The notes below the pieces were generated by a model that had not been told where the DNA came from, made no database searches, and was given only the letters and a program-made list of their open reading frames with translations. Positions 1 to 9,339 of a stretch of DNA of 64,000 nucleotides are shown here, piece after piece. The DNA lies in contig DIWT01000043.1 in NCBI GenBank assembly GCA_002435745.1, positions 50,654 through 114,653 of the forward strand, written 5' to 3'. The stretch is from a bacterium UBP15_UBA6099. Lineage in GTDB: Bacteria; UBP15; UBA6099. A program made the translations under genes and the position numbers. The stretch's first letter is position 1. Every line of letters begins with the position of its first letter.

Positions 1-447
1 GGCGAGAGTCGAAATGCCTCTTGCGAGCTGGTCGGGCACGCCCGGAATACCGCCCGCGTCTATGCCTATCATGCTGTCGATGTAGATATTGGTCTTGTCC
101 GAGGTGCGCTCCTTGAACCACCATTTGCCTCTCACCTCGACATTGTCCCTGAAATAAGCGGTTTCGATGCGATAGTCGCACGACCATTCGTCTTCGTCCC
201 ATGTCTGGATGCTGTGCCAGACCAACTGTCTAGAATTGAGGAAGGGTTTAAGGAAAAAGGGGATGTCGCTTTTGCCCGCGACCTCGGCGACGATTCTGCG
301 GGAGCCCTCGCAAGGGCGGTCTTCGACAATGGAGCACGTGGACACGTTAGGCAGCATTTCGTTAAGCTCCGTTTGCTTGTCCCGCATAGTTATGAAAACA
401 AAGTCGCGGGGCGCGTGAACCACCCTGTTGTATCTGTACTTAATCAT
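1..447 (-). CDS. SRPBCC/START-like (polyketide cyclase/dehydrase-type) protein, partial (C-terminus lies beyond the left edge)
   Basis: Minus-strand reading frame open to the window edge, so it is absent from the ORF track. My hand translation from the ATG at ~447 gives MIKYRYNRVVHAPRDFVFITMRDKQTELNEMLPNVSTCSIVEDRPCEG...RGKWWFKERTSDKTNIYIDS. The resemblance to SRPBCC ligand-binding proteins is by eye only. Confidence 0.4.
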   Translation of the reverse strand, partial: MIKYRYNRVVHAPRDFVFITMRDKQTELNEMLPNVSTCSIVEDRPCEGSRRIVAEVAGKSDIPFFLKPFLNSRQLVWHSIQTWDEDEWSCDYRIETAYFRDNVEVRGKWWFKERTSDKTNIYIDSMIGIDAGGIPGVPDQLARGISTLA

Positions 448-545
448 GATGCTGCCGTCCCAAAGCAAAGCCGCGCTCAAGCGCCCTTTAGTAATAATTT
501 CCGAATGCGGGCGTTTTTTTTGCCTTTGCGGGAAAAGGAACGGCG

Positions 546-971
546 TTACGGGGCAAGGATGGTGAAAGGGAAAAAGGGCAGGTTGCGGAGTATTGCGAAG
601 ATGACGGCGAGGGCGACCAGAAACCATGCGGCGGCGGAGGGGAAGGGGGGCAAGCCGCCCCGGCCCGTAACCCGCCGGTAAAACCACAGTCCGGCGACGA
701 CGGCTCCGAGGGGGATCAGAATAAGGACGAACAGAGCGTTGTGTCCTGCCGCCTCAGCGAATCTGCCGTTTGCCAGAGCGTGCATCGCGCGAAGCCCGCC
801 GCACCCCGGACAGTGCAAGCCTGTTATTGAGTGGAAAGCGCACGCGGGAATCCAACTGACGGATGGATAGAGGAAACGAAAGAAGATGAAGACGGCGACA
901 GCGCCCGCGAAAGCAAGAGCCGCGGTCATCGCGGTTTTTCTTTTTTCGTTTTTTTCGGCGTTATTATTCAT
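546..971 (-). CDS. DUF2752-family small membrane protein
   Basis: 141 aa with hydrophobic helices and the CPGCGGLRA motif typical of DUF2752 (CPxCGxTR). Confidence 0.65.
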   Translation of the reverse strand: MNNNAEKNEKRKTAMTAALAFAGAVAVFIFFRFLYPSVSWIPACAFHSITGLHCPGCGGLRAMHALANGRFAEAAGHNALFVLILIPLGAVVAGLWFYRRVTGRGGLPPFPSAAAWFLVALAVIFAILRNLPFFPFTILAP

Positions 972-1008
972 GCCGGAAGAGCCGCGCGCCGCCGGGAAGC
1001 CGCGCCGG

Positions 1009-2613
1009 TCACAGGAACAGCCGCTCTTTATAGGAGCCGAAGACTTCTTTGAGTCCCTGAATGATTTCGCCCATAGTCGCGTGGGATTCGACCGCGCCGA
1101 TGATAAGAGGAATAAGGTTTTCGTTATTTGAGGCGGCGGCGCGCTTGAGTTTGGCGACCGCGTTTGCGGCGGCGGCGGAGTCGCGTTTCGATTTGAATTT
1201 TCTCACGCGCTCGACCTGCCTGTCCTCGGTGGCTTGGTCGATTTTGAGCAACTCGATGTCCGGCGGCCTGTGGATGTTGTAGACAGTGACGCCGACCTGA
1301 TATTTTCTTTTCTCTTCGAGGGCGCGTTGGTATCTGAACGACGCGTCGGCGATTTCCTTCTGGAAGAACGCCTGATCGAGGGCCTTCAGAGGGCCGCCGA
1401 GCTTGCGCACTTTTTCATCGTAGTCGTAGAACGCGGCCTCCATGTCGTTCGTGAGCGATTCCACGTAGTAGGAGCCTGCGAGCGGGTCGGCGGTGTTGGC
1501 CACTTCGGTTTCGAGGGCGAGAATCTGTTGAGTGCGCAAGGCTATCTGCGCTGATTTTTCCGTCGGCAGAGCGAGCACTTCGTCCATGCTGTTGGTGTGC
1601 AGCGACTGAGTGCCGCCGAGGACGGCGGAGAGGGCCTCGAACGCGGTTCTGATAATGTTGTTTTCAGGCTCTTCGGCGGTGAGAGAGACGCCGGCGGTCT
1701 GAGTGTGGAAGCGGAGTTTGAGCGAGCGCGGGTCGGAGGCGTTGAAGCGTTTTTTCATCTCGCGCGCCCAGATTCGGCGGGCCGCGCGGAACTTGGCTAT
1801 CTCTTCGAAGAAATCGATGTGCGCGTCGAAGAAGAAGGAGAGGCGCGGGGCGAACGAGTCTATGTCGAGTCCGGCCTCGACGCCGCGCTGCGCGTAAAAC
1901 AGGCCGTTCATCAGAGTGAAGGCAAGCTCCTGCTGAGCGGTGGAGCCGGCCTCGCGGATGTGATAGCCGCTGATGCTTATGGTGTTCCATCGGGGTATTT
2001 CGTCGGCGCAGTGCGCGAATATGTCCGTTATCAGCCTGAGGGACGGTTCGGGAGGGAATATCCAAGAGTTCTGCGCCATGTATTCTTTGAGGATGTCGTT
2101 CTGGATGGTTCCGCCGATTTTGTCCAGAGAAACGCCTTGCCGTTTGGCGACGGCGGCGTAGAGTGACAGGAGGATGGAGGCGGGGCCGTTAATGGTCATT
2201 GAGGTGGTGACTTTGTCCATGGGGATGCCGTCGAAGAGGGTCTCCATGTCGTCGAGGGTGCAGATAGCGACGCCGCAGCGGCCGACTTCGCCGCGGGAGA
2301 GGGGGTGGTCGCTGTCGTAGCCCATTATGGTGGGCATGTCGAAAGCCACGCTGAGGCCGGTCTGCCCGCGTTCAAGCAGGAACTTGTAGCGCTGGTTGGT
2401 CTCGACCGCCGAGCCGAAGCCTGCGAACAGGCGCATCGTCCACTGCCTGCCTCTGTACATGTCGGGATGAATCCCTCGGGTGTATGGGAATTCGCCGGGC
2501 GCGCCGAGTTCCGCCGCCGGGTCGAATCCGTCGAGATCCGCCGCCGTGTATACGCTTTTGACCTGTCTGCCCGACAGGGATGTGAATTCGTTCCTTTTTA
2601 TTTCATCGCTCAT
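1009..2613 (-). CDS. Adenosylcobalamin-dependent acyl-CoA mutase, large (substrate-binding) subunit. It carries isobutyryl-CoA-mutase-like signature residues and has no B12-binding domain
   Basis: 534 aa with motifs FPYTRGIHPDMYRGRQWTMRLFAGFG, GQTGLSVAFDMPTIMGYDSD and ISISGYHIREAG. The length corresponds to the TIM-barrel domain only. Its start codon overlaps the stop of the upstream meaB-like gene (ATGA, 2610-2613). Confidence 0.85.
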   Translation of the reverse strand: MSDEIKRNEFTSLSGRQVKSVYTAADLDGFDPAAELGAPGEFPYTRGIHPDMYRGRQWTMRLFAGFGSAVETNQRYKFLLERGQTGLSVAFDMPTIMGYDSDHPLSRGEVGRCGVAICTLDDMETLFDGIPMDKVTTSMTINGPASILLSLYAAVAKRQGVSLDKIGGTIQNDILKEYMAQNSWIFPPEPSLRLITDIFAHCADEIPRWNTISISGYHIREAGSTAQQELAFTLMNGLFYAQRGVEAGLDIDSFAPRLSFFFDAHIDFFEEIAKFRAARRIWAREMKKRFNASDPRSLKLRFHTQTAGVSLTAEEPENNIIRTAFEALSAVLGGTQSLHTNSMDEVLALPTEKSAQIALRTQQILALETEVANTADPLAGSYYVESLTNDMEAAFYDYDEKVRKLGGPLKALDQAFFQKEIADASFRYQRALEEKRKYQVGVTVYNIHRPPDIELLKIDQATEDRQVERVRKFKSKRDSAAAANAVAKLKRAAASNNENLIPLIIGAVESHATMGEIIQGLKEVFGSYKERLFL

Positions 2614-3671
2614 GGTTTGTTCCTTTTGAATAAGATGTCCATAATATCCGCCGCGGCGGAGAATGGGTCGAGAGAGCCGGATTTGACGCGCGCGGCGACT
2701 TGCGCCGAGTCCGCGTCGCGGGAGACTGCCCCGCCGTCGATAAACCGCCTGAACCTGAGTTCCAGCGCCTCGCGCAAGTCGGCTTCGGGGTTGCGGTATC
2801 TCTCAAGCCCGCCGGTTTCTTTGAGATATGCGTAGTGCTCGTCGAGCGCCCGCATGACGTCTCCCGTTCCTTCGTTTTCGCTTGCGACGGTTTTGATGAC
2901 CGGGATGCGCCATCCGTCTCTCGGAGTTTCGAAAGTGAATGAAAGCGTGGCGGCTATCTCGTCCGCGCCTTCCCTGTCGGATTTGTTTACGGCCACGACG
3001 TCGGCGAGTTCGAGTATGCCGGATTTGAGAATCTGCACGGTGTCGCCCGATTCCGGGACAAGTATGAGGACAAGAGATTCTGCGACGGAGCGGATGTCAT
3101 AGCCGACCTGACCGATGCCTACGGTTTCAATGAGAATGAGGTCTGCGCCGAAAGCTTCGAGGAGCAGGGTGTGGTATTTAGTCGCTTCGGCAAGGCCGCC
3201 GAGGCTTTTTCCGGATGCGACGCTGCGGATAAAAACGTTGTCTAGGCTGAACGAGCCGGCCATGCGTATGCGGTCGCCGAGGAGAGCGCCGCCGGAGATT
3301 GGGGAGGTGGGATCGATGCAGAGGGCGGCGACGCGTTTTCCCTCTTTGGCTCCCGCGTCGAGAAGGTTGGACAGCAGAGTGCTTTTTCCAGCTCCGGGAG
3401 GCCCGGAGAGGCCAACTCTGCGGGCGTTGGCCCTGCCTGAGTAAACGCGCTTCATCACAGCGGGAGCGGCCTTCGGATCGCTCTCCACCAGAGTCATAAG
3501 ACGGGAAAGGGCGCGCACATTTCCGCCGCGCATTCTTTCCACAAGCGCGTCTAGTTCTTTTGCTGGCGTGTTCATCGGTTTTGCCGGACGGCCCCCGCCG
3601 TCCGTTCCCTTCTTTTCCGCGCCCATTATATAATGACTTCCCCCGCCGCGCAAAACAAAATTGCCGCGCAT
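2610..3671 (-). CDS. meaB: Methylmalonyl-CoA-mutase-associated G3E GTPase (MeaB/ArgK family)
   Basis: P-loop GLSGPPGAGKSTL, a downstream VETVGIGQ switch region and NKSD. It is translationally coupled to the mutase gene. The true start may be the internal Met at 3626 (GGGGGAAG upstream) or at 3575. Confidence 0.85.
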   Translation of the reverse strand: MRGNFVLRGGGSHYIMGAEKKGTDGGGRPAKPMNTPAKELDALVERMRGGNVRALSRLMTLVESDPKAAPAVMKRVYSGRANARRVGLSGPPGAGKSTLLSNLLDAGAKEGKRVAALCIDPTSPISGGALLGDRIRMAGSFSLDNVFIRSVASGKSLGGLAEATKYHTLLLEAFGADLILIETVGIGQVGYDIRSVAESLVLILVPESGDTVQILKSGILELADVVAVNKSDREGADEIAATLSFTFETPRDGWRIPVIKTVASENEGTGDVMRALDEHYAYLKETGGLERYRNPEADLREALELRFRRFIDGGAVSRDADSAQVAARVKSGSLDPFSAAADIMDILFKRNKP

Positions 3672-3770
3672 ACTTTGAATTTGGCGGCGCGACGTTACAA
3701 TTAAAGATTAAACTGCGAGCCGCAAGCCTTTCTATGGAGGCCGGCGACGGGAAATCGACGGAGATTGACG

Positions 3771-4955
3771 ATGAGCAAAATTGATTTCGAAAGCATGATG
3801 TCCAACAGGATAAGCAAGCTGCCGCCGTATGTTTTTACGACGATAAACAAACTCAAGAACGAGGCTAGGATGCGGGGGATGGATATAATCGACCTCGGCA
3901 TGGGCAGCCCAGACATGCCGGTGCCGGAGCCGATACGCAAGGAACTGGCCCGCGCCGTCAACGAGCGCCACATAAACAGATATCCCGCCGGCGACGGCTC
4001 GATAGAGTTCAAGCGCGCGGTGGCGTACTGGTACTCGAAGCGGTTCGATGTGGACCTCAACCCCGCCGACGAGGTGCTCGCGCTCATCGGCTCGAAGGAA
4101 GGCCTTGCCAACCTGTCGTCGGCTTTCATGAACAGGGACGACTACGCGCTTATCCCCACGCCGACATATCCGATCTTCTTCAACAGCATCACCATCTTCG
4201 GCGGCTCGCTGTACAATGTCCCGTTGCTGGAGGAGAATGATTTTCTGCCCGATTTCGAGCGTATCGACCCGGCGGTGCTTCGCCGAGCCAAACTGATGTT
4301 CATCTCGTATCCGCACAATCCGACGACCACCGTAGTGGAGAAAAGTCATTTCGACGGCATCGCCAGATTTGCGAAAGAGCATCGCATAATAGTCAGCCAC
4401 GACGCCGCGTATTCCGAGATATGCTTCGACGGCTACAAGGCTCCCAGTTTTCTGCAGGCTGACGGGGCGCGGGACATCGGCATCGAGTTTCACAGTTTTT
4501 CCAAGACGTTCAGCATGGCCGGGTGGCGGATGGCGTTCGTGGTGGGCAACCCGCAGATACTCTCGGTGATGAAAAAAATGAAGAGCTACGTTGACTTCGG
4601 GGTTTTCTCCGCGATTCAAAAGGCCGCTATCGTCGCGTTGGAAATGCACGAAGAAATAGTGTCTGAAACGGCCGCGGCGTACCAGAGGCGGCGCGACATC
4701 CTTTGCGACGGTCTGGACAAGCTCGGCTGGAAACACCGCCGTCCGAAAGCGACCATGTACGTTTGGGTGAAGATTCCCGAAGCGTTCAAAGAGATGAACT
4801 CCACGGAGTTCGCGTCGCTTATCGTCAGGGAGACGGGCGTGGCGGTCGCGCCGGGCATTGGGTTCGGCGAAGCCGGCAACGACCACATCCGTTTTGCGCT
4901 CGTAGAGCCGGAAGACAGGATTCAGGAAACGGTCGACCGGCTCTCCAAACTGTGA
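3771..4955 (+). CDS. PLP-dependent aminotransferase, class I/II (aspartate/alanine/LL-DAP aminotransferase family)
   Basis: N-terminus RISKLPPYVFTTINKLKNEARMRGMDIIDLGMGSPD and the PLP-lysine motif SFSKTFSMAGWRMAF. The track starts at TTG 3765. I prefer the in-frame ATG at 3771, which has a GGAG upstream. Confidence 0.85.
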   Translation: MSKIDFESMMSNRISKLPPYVFTTINKLKNEARMRGMDIIDLGMGSPDMPVPEPIRKELARAVNERHINRYPAGDGSIEFKRAVAYWYSKRFDVDLNPADEVLALIGSKEGLANLSSAFMNRDDYALIPTPTYPIFFNSITIFGGSLYNVPLLEENDFLPDFERIDPAVLRRAKLMFISYPHNPTTTVVEKSHFDGIARFAKEHRIIVSHDAAYSEICFDGYKAPSFLQADGARDIGIEFHSFSKTFSMAGWRMAFVVGNPQILSVMKKMKSYVDFGVFSAIQKAAIVALEMHEEIVSETAAAYQRRRDILCDGLDKLGWKHRRPKATMYVWVKIPEAFKEMNSTEFASLIVRETGVAVAPGIGFGEAGNDHIRFALVEPEDRIQETVDRLSKL

Positions 4956-5230
4956 CGCGCCGCGCGACAGAATAATCAAAGCATGGAATGATTTCAGACA
5001 AGAGCGCTGTCGCTCCATTGTTGCATATATTTATAAATCCACAGAAAAAATTGCTATACGAAGAACTAAATGAAAGCTCCCATTTACTATTTGGTGAAAA
5101 GCATCATGCGCAAAAGAAAAAGTTTTGCGCATGGCACACTTGGTAGTGGGTAGAATCATCTAATAGCATGTATAATAGAATGATACGTTTTATCATGCGC
5201 TTTATGATGTTTGATAACCCGAAGCGGACA

Positions 5231-5265
5231 AAATAAAAAAGCCCCGCCGGATTAACCGGAGGGGC
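5231..5265 (-). terminator. Rho-independent terminator downstream of the csp gene
   Basis: On the minus strand: GCCCCTCCGG-TTAAT-CCGGCGGGGC hairpin followed by TTTTTTATTTT. Confidence 0.7.
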
Positions 5266-5289
5266 TGTGTTTTGCGCTCTTAATCCAAA

Positions 5290-5487
5290 TCAGGCTTTGC
5301 TGACGTTGGATGCCTGATCGCCCTTGGGTCCGGCCACGACGTCGAATTCGACTTCCTGACCTTCTTCGAGCGATTTGTAACCGTCGCCCTGAATTGCGCT
5401 GTAGTGCACGAAAACATCGTTGCCGTCAGGCCTCTGGATGAATCCGTAACCTTTTGCCGCGTTGAACCACTTTACAGTTCCCTTCAT
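5290..5487 (-). CDS. cspA: Cold-shock protein (CspA family, S1-like cold-shock domain)
   Basis: 65 aa, [33 protein letters not shown], containing the RNP1 motif KGYGFI and the RNP2 motif VFVHY. Confidence 0.95.
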   Translation of the reverse strand: MKGTVKWFNAAKGYGFIQRPDGNDVFVHYSAIQGDGYKSLEEGQEVEFDVVAGPKGDQASNVSKA

Positions 5488-5722
5488 AATAGGACCAGCC
5501 TCCTTTTCACAATACTCGTGCTAGGTTTGCCGGTTGTTCCGCTTGCAGGAATAGTTTGCTGAATTGCATCCCAACCCGTCAGCTTAGAAACAACTCGCCT
5601 TGCGCACGGTTAAATTGCAGGTCAGGATTCTTGCAATGGACGCTGTGGAAATGTTTATTAATGATAGTTTTTATTTCTCTTTCCCTGCCTCTTACTTGAA
5701 CCTGACTTTCCAATCCATCGTT

Positions 5723-5751
5723 ATTCTTGCTGTTGGCTGAATATTTGTCAA
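5723..5751 (-). promoter_or_regulatory. Candidate sigma70-type promoter for csp, implying a leader of roughly 230 nt
   Basis: Minus strand: TTGACA, 17-nt spacer, AAGAAT. A long 5' UTR is typical of cspA-type genes. There is no experimental support. Confidence 0.35.
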
Positions 5752-5786
5752 GCTTTTTACAATAATGTTTTCAATGACCGGGACAG

Positions 5787-6620
5787 TCAAGACGCGGAGC
5801 GGGAGCCTGCGCGCTCGATTACGGCTATCGAAGCTTCGAGCGCGGCCCTCAGCGCAGCTCCTGTTTCCGCGACCTGTTCTCCCGGCTCGAACGGCACGGA
5901 GTTAGAGACTCCTTTAAGTGAAACATAGAAGATTTCGTCGTCGATGGCCGAGCAGATTAGAAGAAACGCCGCCGCTTCCATGTCTATCACATAAGGCTTG
6001 CCGGAATCAAGAAGAGCCTTGAACGCGGCGTATCCCGGAGGCGGAAAGAAATCTTTTTTGAGAGGGACGCCGGGGTAGACGGTTTTGCCGTCGACGTCCT
6101 TTCCCGCGCCCATACAGTAAAAAGTGTCGGTGGATATGATGTCGCGCGAGATGAATCTCAAGCGGGCGTCCTTTATGGCGGACGCGGCGAGCCGGTTGTG
6201 AGCCGGGTTGGCGGCGACCGCGTCGCCGGGCGTTCCGGGCGAGTAGTGGAACGAGGCTCCGTCGAATCTGAGAGCCTGCTCGACAAGGGCGACTTCTCCG
6301 GGGCGCCCGGCTCCGGACAGCGACCCGCAAGTGCCTGTGTGCGCGAATATTCTCGCCCCGCATTTATACAACTCAGTGACTGATATCTCGACGGAAGCAG
6401 ACCCGATGCCTGTCACGCAGAAGGTGAATCCGCCGCCGTTCCCGTCGACGGAATATGTGTGAAACTCTCTATTGGTTTTTATCAGGCGCGGTTTTAACCC
6501 TAGAGCCTCCAGAGCCCGCACGGTCTCGTCGGGGTCTTCCCCGCAAACCAGAACGACCTTTTCGCATATCATACCTGCGCTCAATCCCGTGTTCGGAAAG
6601 ATATCGGCGTTGTTTTCCAT
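5787..6620 (-). CDS. Nucleoside phosphorylase family protein (PNP/UDP-1 fold)
   Basis: 277 aa. The segments TGIGSASVEISVTELYKCGARIFAHTGTCGSL and YVIDMEAAAF resemble purine/uridine phosphorylase-type motifs. Substrate not assignable. Confidence 0.6.
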   Translation of the reverse strand: MENNADIFPNTGLSAGMICEKVVLVCGEDPDETVRALEALGLKPRLIKTNREFHTYSVDGNGGGFTFCVTGIGSASVEISVTELYKCGARIFAHTGTCGSLSGAGRPGEVALVEQALRFDGASFHYSPGTPGDAVAANPAHNRLAASAIKDARLRFISRDIISTDTFYCMGAGKDVDGKTVYPGVPLKKDFFPPPGYAAFKALLDSGKPYVIDMEAAAFLLICSAIDDEIFYVSLKGVSNSVPFEPGEQVAETGAALRAALEASIAVIERAGSRSAS

Positions 6621-6828
6621 GTTTGTCCCTCCAAGGCCATCTTATGTAAGTTTATAAAAAAAAACCCGCAAGAAATAGTCGGGGATGGAAAAGCAGGCCC
6701 GGAGAAACGCAGACAGGGGGCATGGCGGACTGGTTATCGACAAATGAGGCGAGTAAGAATATATTCATATAATGCCGCTCCGGGGGTATGGACTGACGAG
6801 CCCGGCGCATTCCGGAGGTTTGACGACG

Positions 6829-7626
6829 ATGGGAATAGTTTTTGAAAAAGAAGGCCACATTGCAAAGGTCGGGCTTAACAGCCCGGAAACAAGGAACGCT
6901 CTCGGCCCCGACGAACTGCTGGCGCTTAACAATGTGTGGGAAGAGTGCCAAGCCGACGACAAGGTGCGGGTGGTAGTGTTCTACTCCGAGTTGCCGGACA
7001 TTTTCTGCTCTGGAATGAACCTCAAGACGGCCATACCGATATGGACGGGCATGAGGAAGCCTGAGACGGAGGGCGAGAAGTGGCTGATGTCCGACAACAA
7101 ATCCGTCGGCAAGGCGATGCTGAAGCACAAGACGCTGGACCGCCCCGTGATAGCGGCGGTGAACGGTTACTGCCTCACCGGCGGATTCGAGATGGCGATG
7201 GGGTGCGAGCTTCGGGTTGCGTCGGAAGACGCGGTGTTTCAGATGAGGGAGACCACGCTGGGGATAATGCCGATAGGCGGGTCGAACGTGTTCCTTCCGG
7301 CGCAGGTGGGGCAGGCGAGGGCTATGGAGATATTGTTGACTGGCGGCAACTTCACCGCCGCCGCGCTGCTCGAATGGGGTTTCCTCAACAGGGTCGTCCC
7401 GCGAGAGAAGCTGATGGAGGAGGCGATGGGGCTGGCCGGAGTTATAGCCTCGAACGGCCCGAAGTCGATCCGGGGCATGGTCAGGTGCTCGCGTCAGATA
7501 CAGGGAAAATCACTGGCTGACGCCCTCGACATCGAAGTGGCCATCGGCGCTCCGATATTCATGAGCGACGACGCCCGCGAGGGCGTCACCGCGCAGAAAG
7601 AGAAACGGAAACCCAATTTCAAATGA
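6829..7626 (+). CDS. Enoyl-CoA hydratase/isomerase (crotonase) family protein
   Basis: GIVFEKEGHIAKVGLNSPETRNALG, FCSGMNLK and AAVNGYCLTGGFEMAMGCELRVAS. Start trimmed to the ATG at 6829, which has GGAGG 10 nt upstream. Confidence 0.85.
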   Translation: MGIVFEKEGHIAKVGLNSPETRNALGPDELLALNNVWEECQADDKVRVVVFYSELPDIFCSGMNLKTAIPIWTGMRKPETEGEKWLMSDNKSVGKAMLKHKTLDRPVIAAVNGYCLTGGFEMAMGCELRVASEDAVFQMRETTLGIMPIGGSNVFLPAQVGQARAMEILLTGGNFTAAALLEWGFLNRVVPREKLMEEAMGLAGVIASNGPKSIRGMVRCSRQIQGKSLADALDIEVAIGAPIFMSDDAREGVTAQKEKRKPNFK

Positions 7627-7676
7627 CGCCCGCGCGCGGTCCGGCGGCGGGACGCGGTCAATGACGGAGGAGATAT

Positions 7677-8066
7677 ATGGACAGCGATTATCTCGAAAAA
7701 CTGGCGAAGAATCCGTTCAACAACATGCTCGGCATACGGTTGTCGGACGTGGGAGACGGGCGCGCGAAGGCCAGCCTCGAAATCAAGCCTGAGCACGCCA
7801 ACATTCACAGCACGGCGCACGGCTCCGTCCTGTTCGCGGTGTCAGACGCGGCTTTCGAGGCGGCGGTGAACTCTATGAGCCGCCCGGCGGTGGCAGTTCA
7901 GGTCGACATTCAATATCTGGCTCCCGCAAAAATCGGCGATGTGGTGACGGCGGCGGGAGAGCCTGTGAGAGTGGGCGGAAAAATGGCTTCGTACAGGCTC
8001 GACGCTACAAATCAGGAAGGCAAAAAGATTTCGGCGGCTCAGGCAACGGCGTTCTTCGTCGACTGA
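7677..8066 (+). CDS. PaaI-family hotdog-fold acyl-CoA thioesterase
   Basis: 129 aa, NPFNNMLGIRLSDVGDGRAKASLEIKPEHANIHSTAHGSVLFAVSDAAF. Confidence 0.8.
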   Translation: MDSDYLEKLAKNPFNNMLGIRLSDVGDGRAKASLEIKPEHANIHSTAHGSVLFAVSDAAFEAAVNSMSRPAVAVQVDIQYLAPAKIGDVVTAAGEPVRVGGKMASYRLDATNQEGKKISAAQATAFFVD

Positions 8067-8095
8067 CGCCGGAGCAAAGCTCGGTTCATATTGAT

Positions 8096-9289
8096 ATGGC
8101 TTGCGCAATGAAAAGAATGGTTTCGACTCAAAAATCGGCGATGTTTTCCGTGGCTGCGGCGCTGTGCCTGCTCGTTTTCGCGTCTTCATCCGGCGCGTCG
8201 GAAGAATCTAGGAAGTGTTATTTTCTGGAGGACTGCGAAGCGGCGGCGGAAGCTGCGCTCGAGACGGGAGACGACGCGGCGAGGATAGAGTATCTATCTC
8301 AGGCCGCGGAGTTCGCGAAAGGGGAGCGCGCGGCGGATCTTCGCGCGAAACTTGCCGAAGCGCATCTCTTCAGAGGGCTGGCCGGCGGCGAGGATGCGAT
8401 GCAAAGCTACTCCAAAGCCGTCGAGCTTAACCCTAATATGGCTCTGGCTTGGCGCAGCAGGGGCTGGCTTCTGTTGCGCTCCGGCAGTCTTGACGCCGCG
8501 ATCGCGGATTTCAACCGGGCGTTAGAACTGGAGCCGGACGACGCCGAGGCGCGCGGCGCGAGGGGCCTAGCGCTGCTGAAAAAAGGGCGTCTGGCGTCCG
8601 CCGCCGCCGACTTCGACCGAGCGGCGAAAATCGATCCCGGCGCGGCCGCTTTCTACAACCGGGGACTGGCGCGCTCGGATATGGCGGACTATGCCGCGGC
8701 CGTCGTTGATTTCGATAGGGCCGTCGCTCTCGGCGGGCCGAATCCTCACTTCTTGCTCGAACGCGCGGTGGCGCAGCTAAACAGGGGTTTCGCCAATCGG
8801 GCGATGGAGGATTTGAGAGTCGCGCTCTCCGCGGACCCCGTCAACCTTCAGGCTGGATACCACTTCGTCGCGGCTCTTATATACGCCGGCGAAAGAGCCG
8901 CGGCGGAGGACGCCATGAGGCGTTTCTTCGGAAAGGGGTTTGCCCCAGACGCGCCGGAATACGATTATTTCAGGCTGGAACTGTCCGGTCTGCGAATCAT
9001 ACTGAACGAGGTAAAGCTGATGGGAGGGTTGCCAGAGCCGAAGAATCTGGCGGCGTCGGCAGCGGCGGCGCACGAGAAAGGGCGCGTCGATACGGCGGCG
9101 GCTTACTACTCCGCCTACCTCTTCATTTCTCCTGAGAACGCGGCGGCGGCGTATAACCTAGCGGCATGTCTTGAGATGACAGGCGAACGGCGCAAAGCCA
9201 TTCAGTATTATCACAGGTATCTTTATCTTGCCCCCGGCGCGGCGGACCGCGCGGAGGTTCTGGACGCGATCCTAAAGCTGTCCGAATAG
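8096..9289 (+). CDS. Secreted TPR-repeat protein
   Basis: N-terminal signal-like segment (AAALCLLVFASSSGA) followed by multiple TPR-like repeats (AIADFNRALELEPDDAEA, AAADFDRAAKIDP and others). Confidence 0.7.
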   Translation: MACAMKRMVSTQKSAMFSVAAALCLLVFASSSGASEESRKCYFLEDCEAAAEAALETGDDAARIEYLSQAAEFAKGERAADLRAKLAEAHLFRGLAGGEDAMQSYSKAVELNPNMALAWRSRGWLLLRSGSLDAAIADFNRALELEPDDAEARGARGLALLKKGRLASAAADFDRAAKIDPGAAAFYNRGLARSDMADYAAAVVDFDRAVALGGPNPHFLLERAVAQLNRGFANRAMEDLRVALSADPVNLQAGYHFVAALIYAGERAAAEDAMRRFFGKGFAPDAPEYDYFRLELSGLRIILNEVKLMGGLPEPKNLAASAAAAHEKGRVDTAAAYYSAYLFISPENAAAAYNLAACLEMTGERRKAIQYYHRYLYLAPGAADRAEVLDAILKLSE

Positions 9290-9339
9290 GTTGGAGGGCG
9301 GAGCGCGTTCCGCAGGATTGTGCTATACTTTTTCAGCTT

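Noticed and set aside
1009-2613. The default call of methylmalonyl-CoA mutase (mutB/mcmA) for the mutase large subunit.
   Set aside because: The two substrate-carboxylate-binding positions read Phe and Gln rather than Tyr and Arg. I therefore kept the generic acyl-CoA mutase call with an ICM-like note and did not assign a symbol.
3732-5018. A 428-aa minus-strand ORF spanning the whole aminotransferase gene.
   Set aside because: It is antisense to a gene with clear PLP-aminotransferase motifs. Its Arg/His/Pro-rich, low-complexity composition is typical of GC-driven shadow ORFs.
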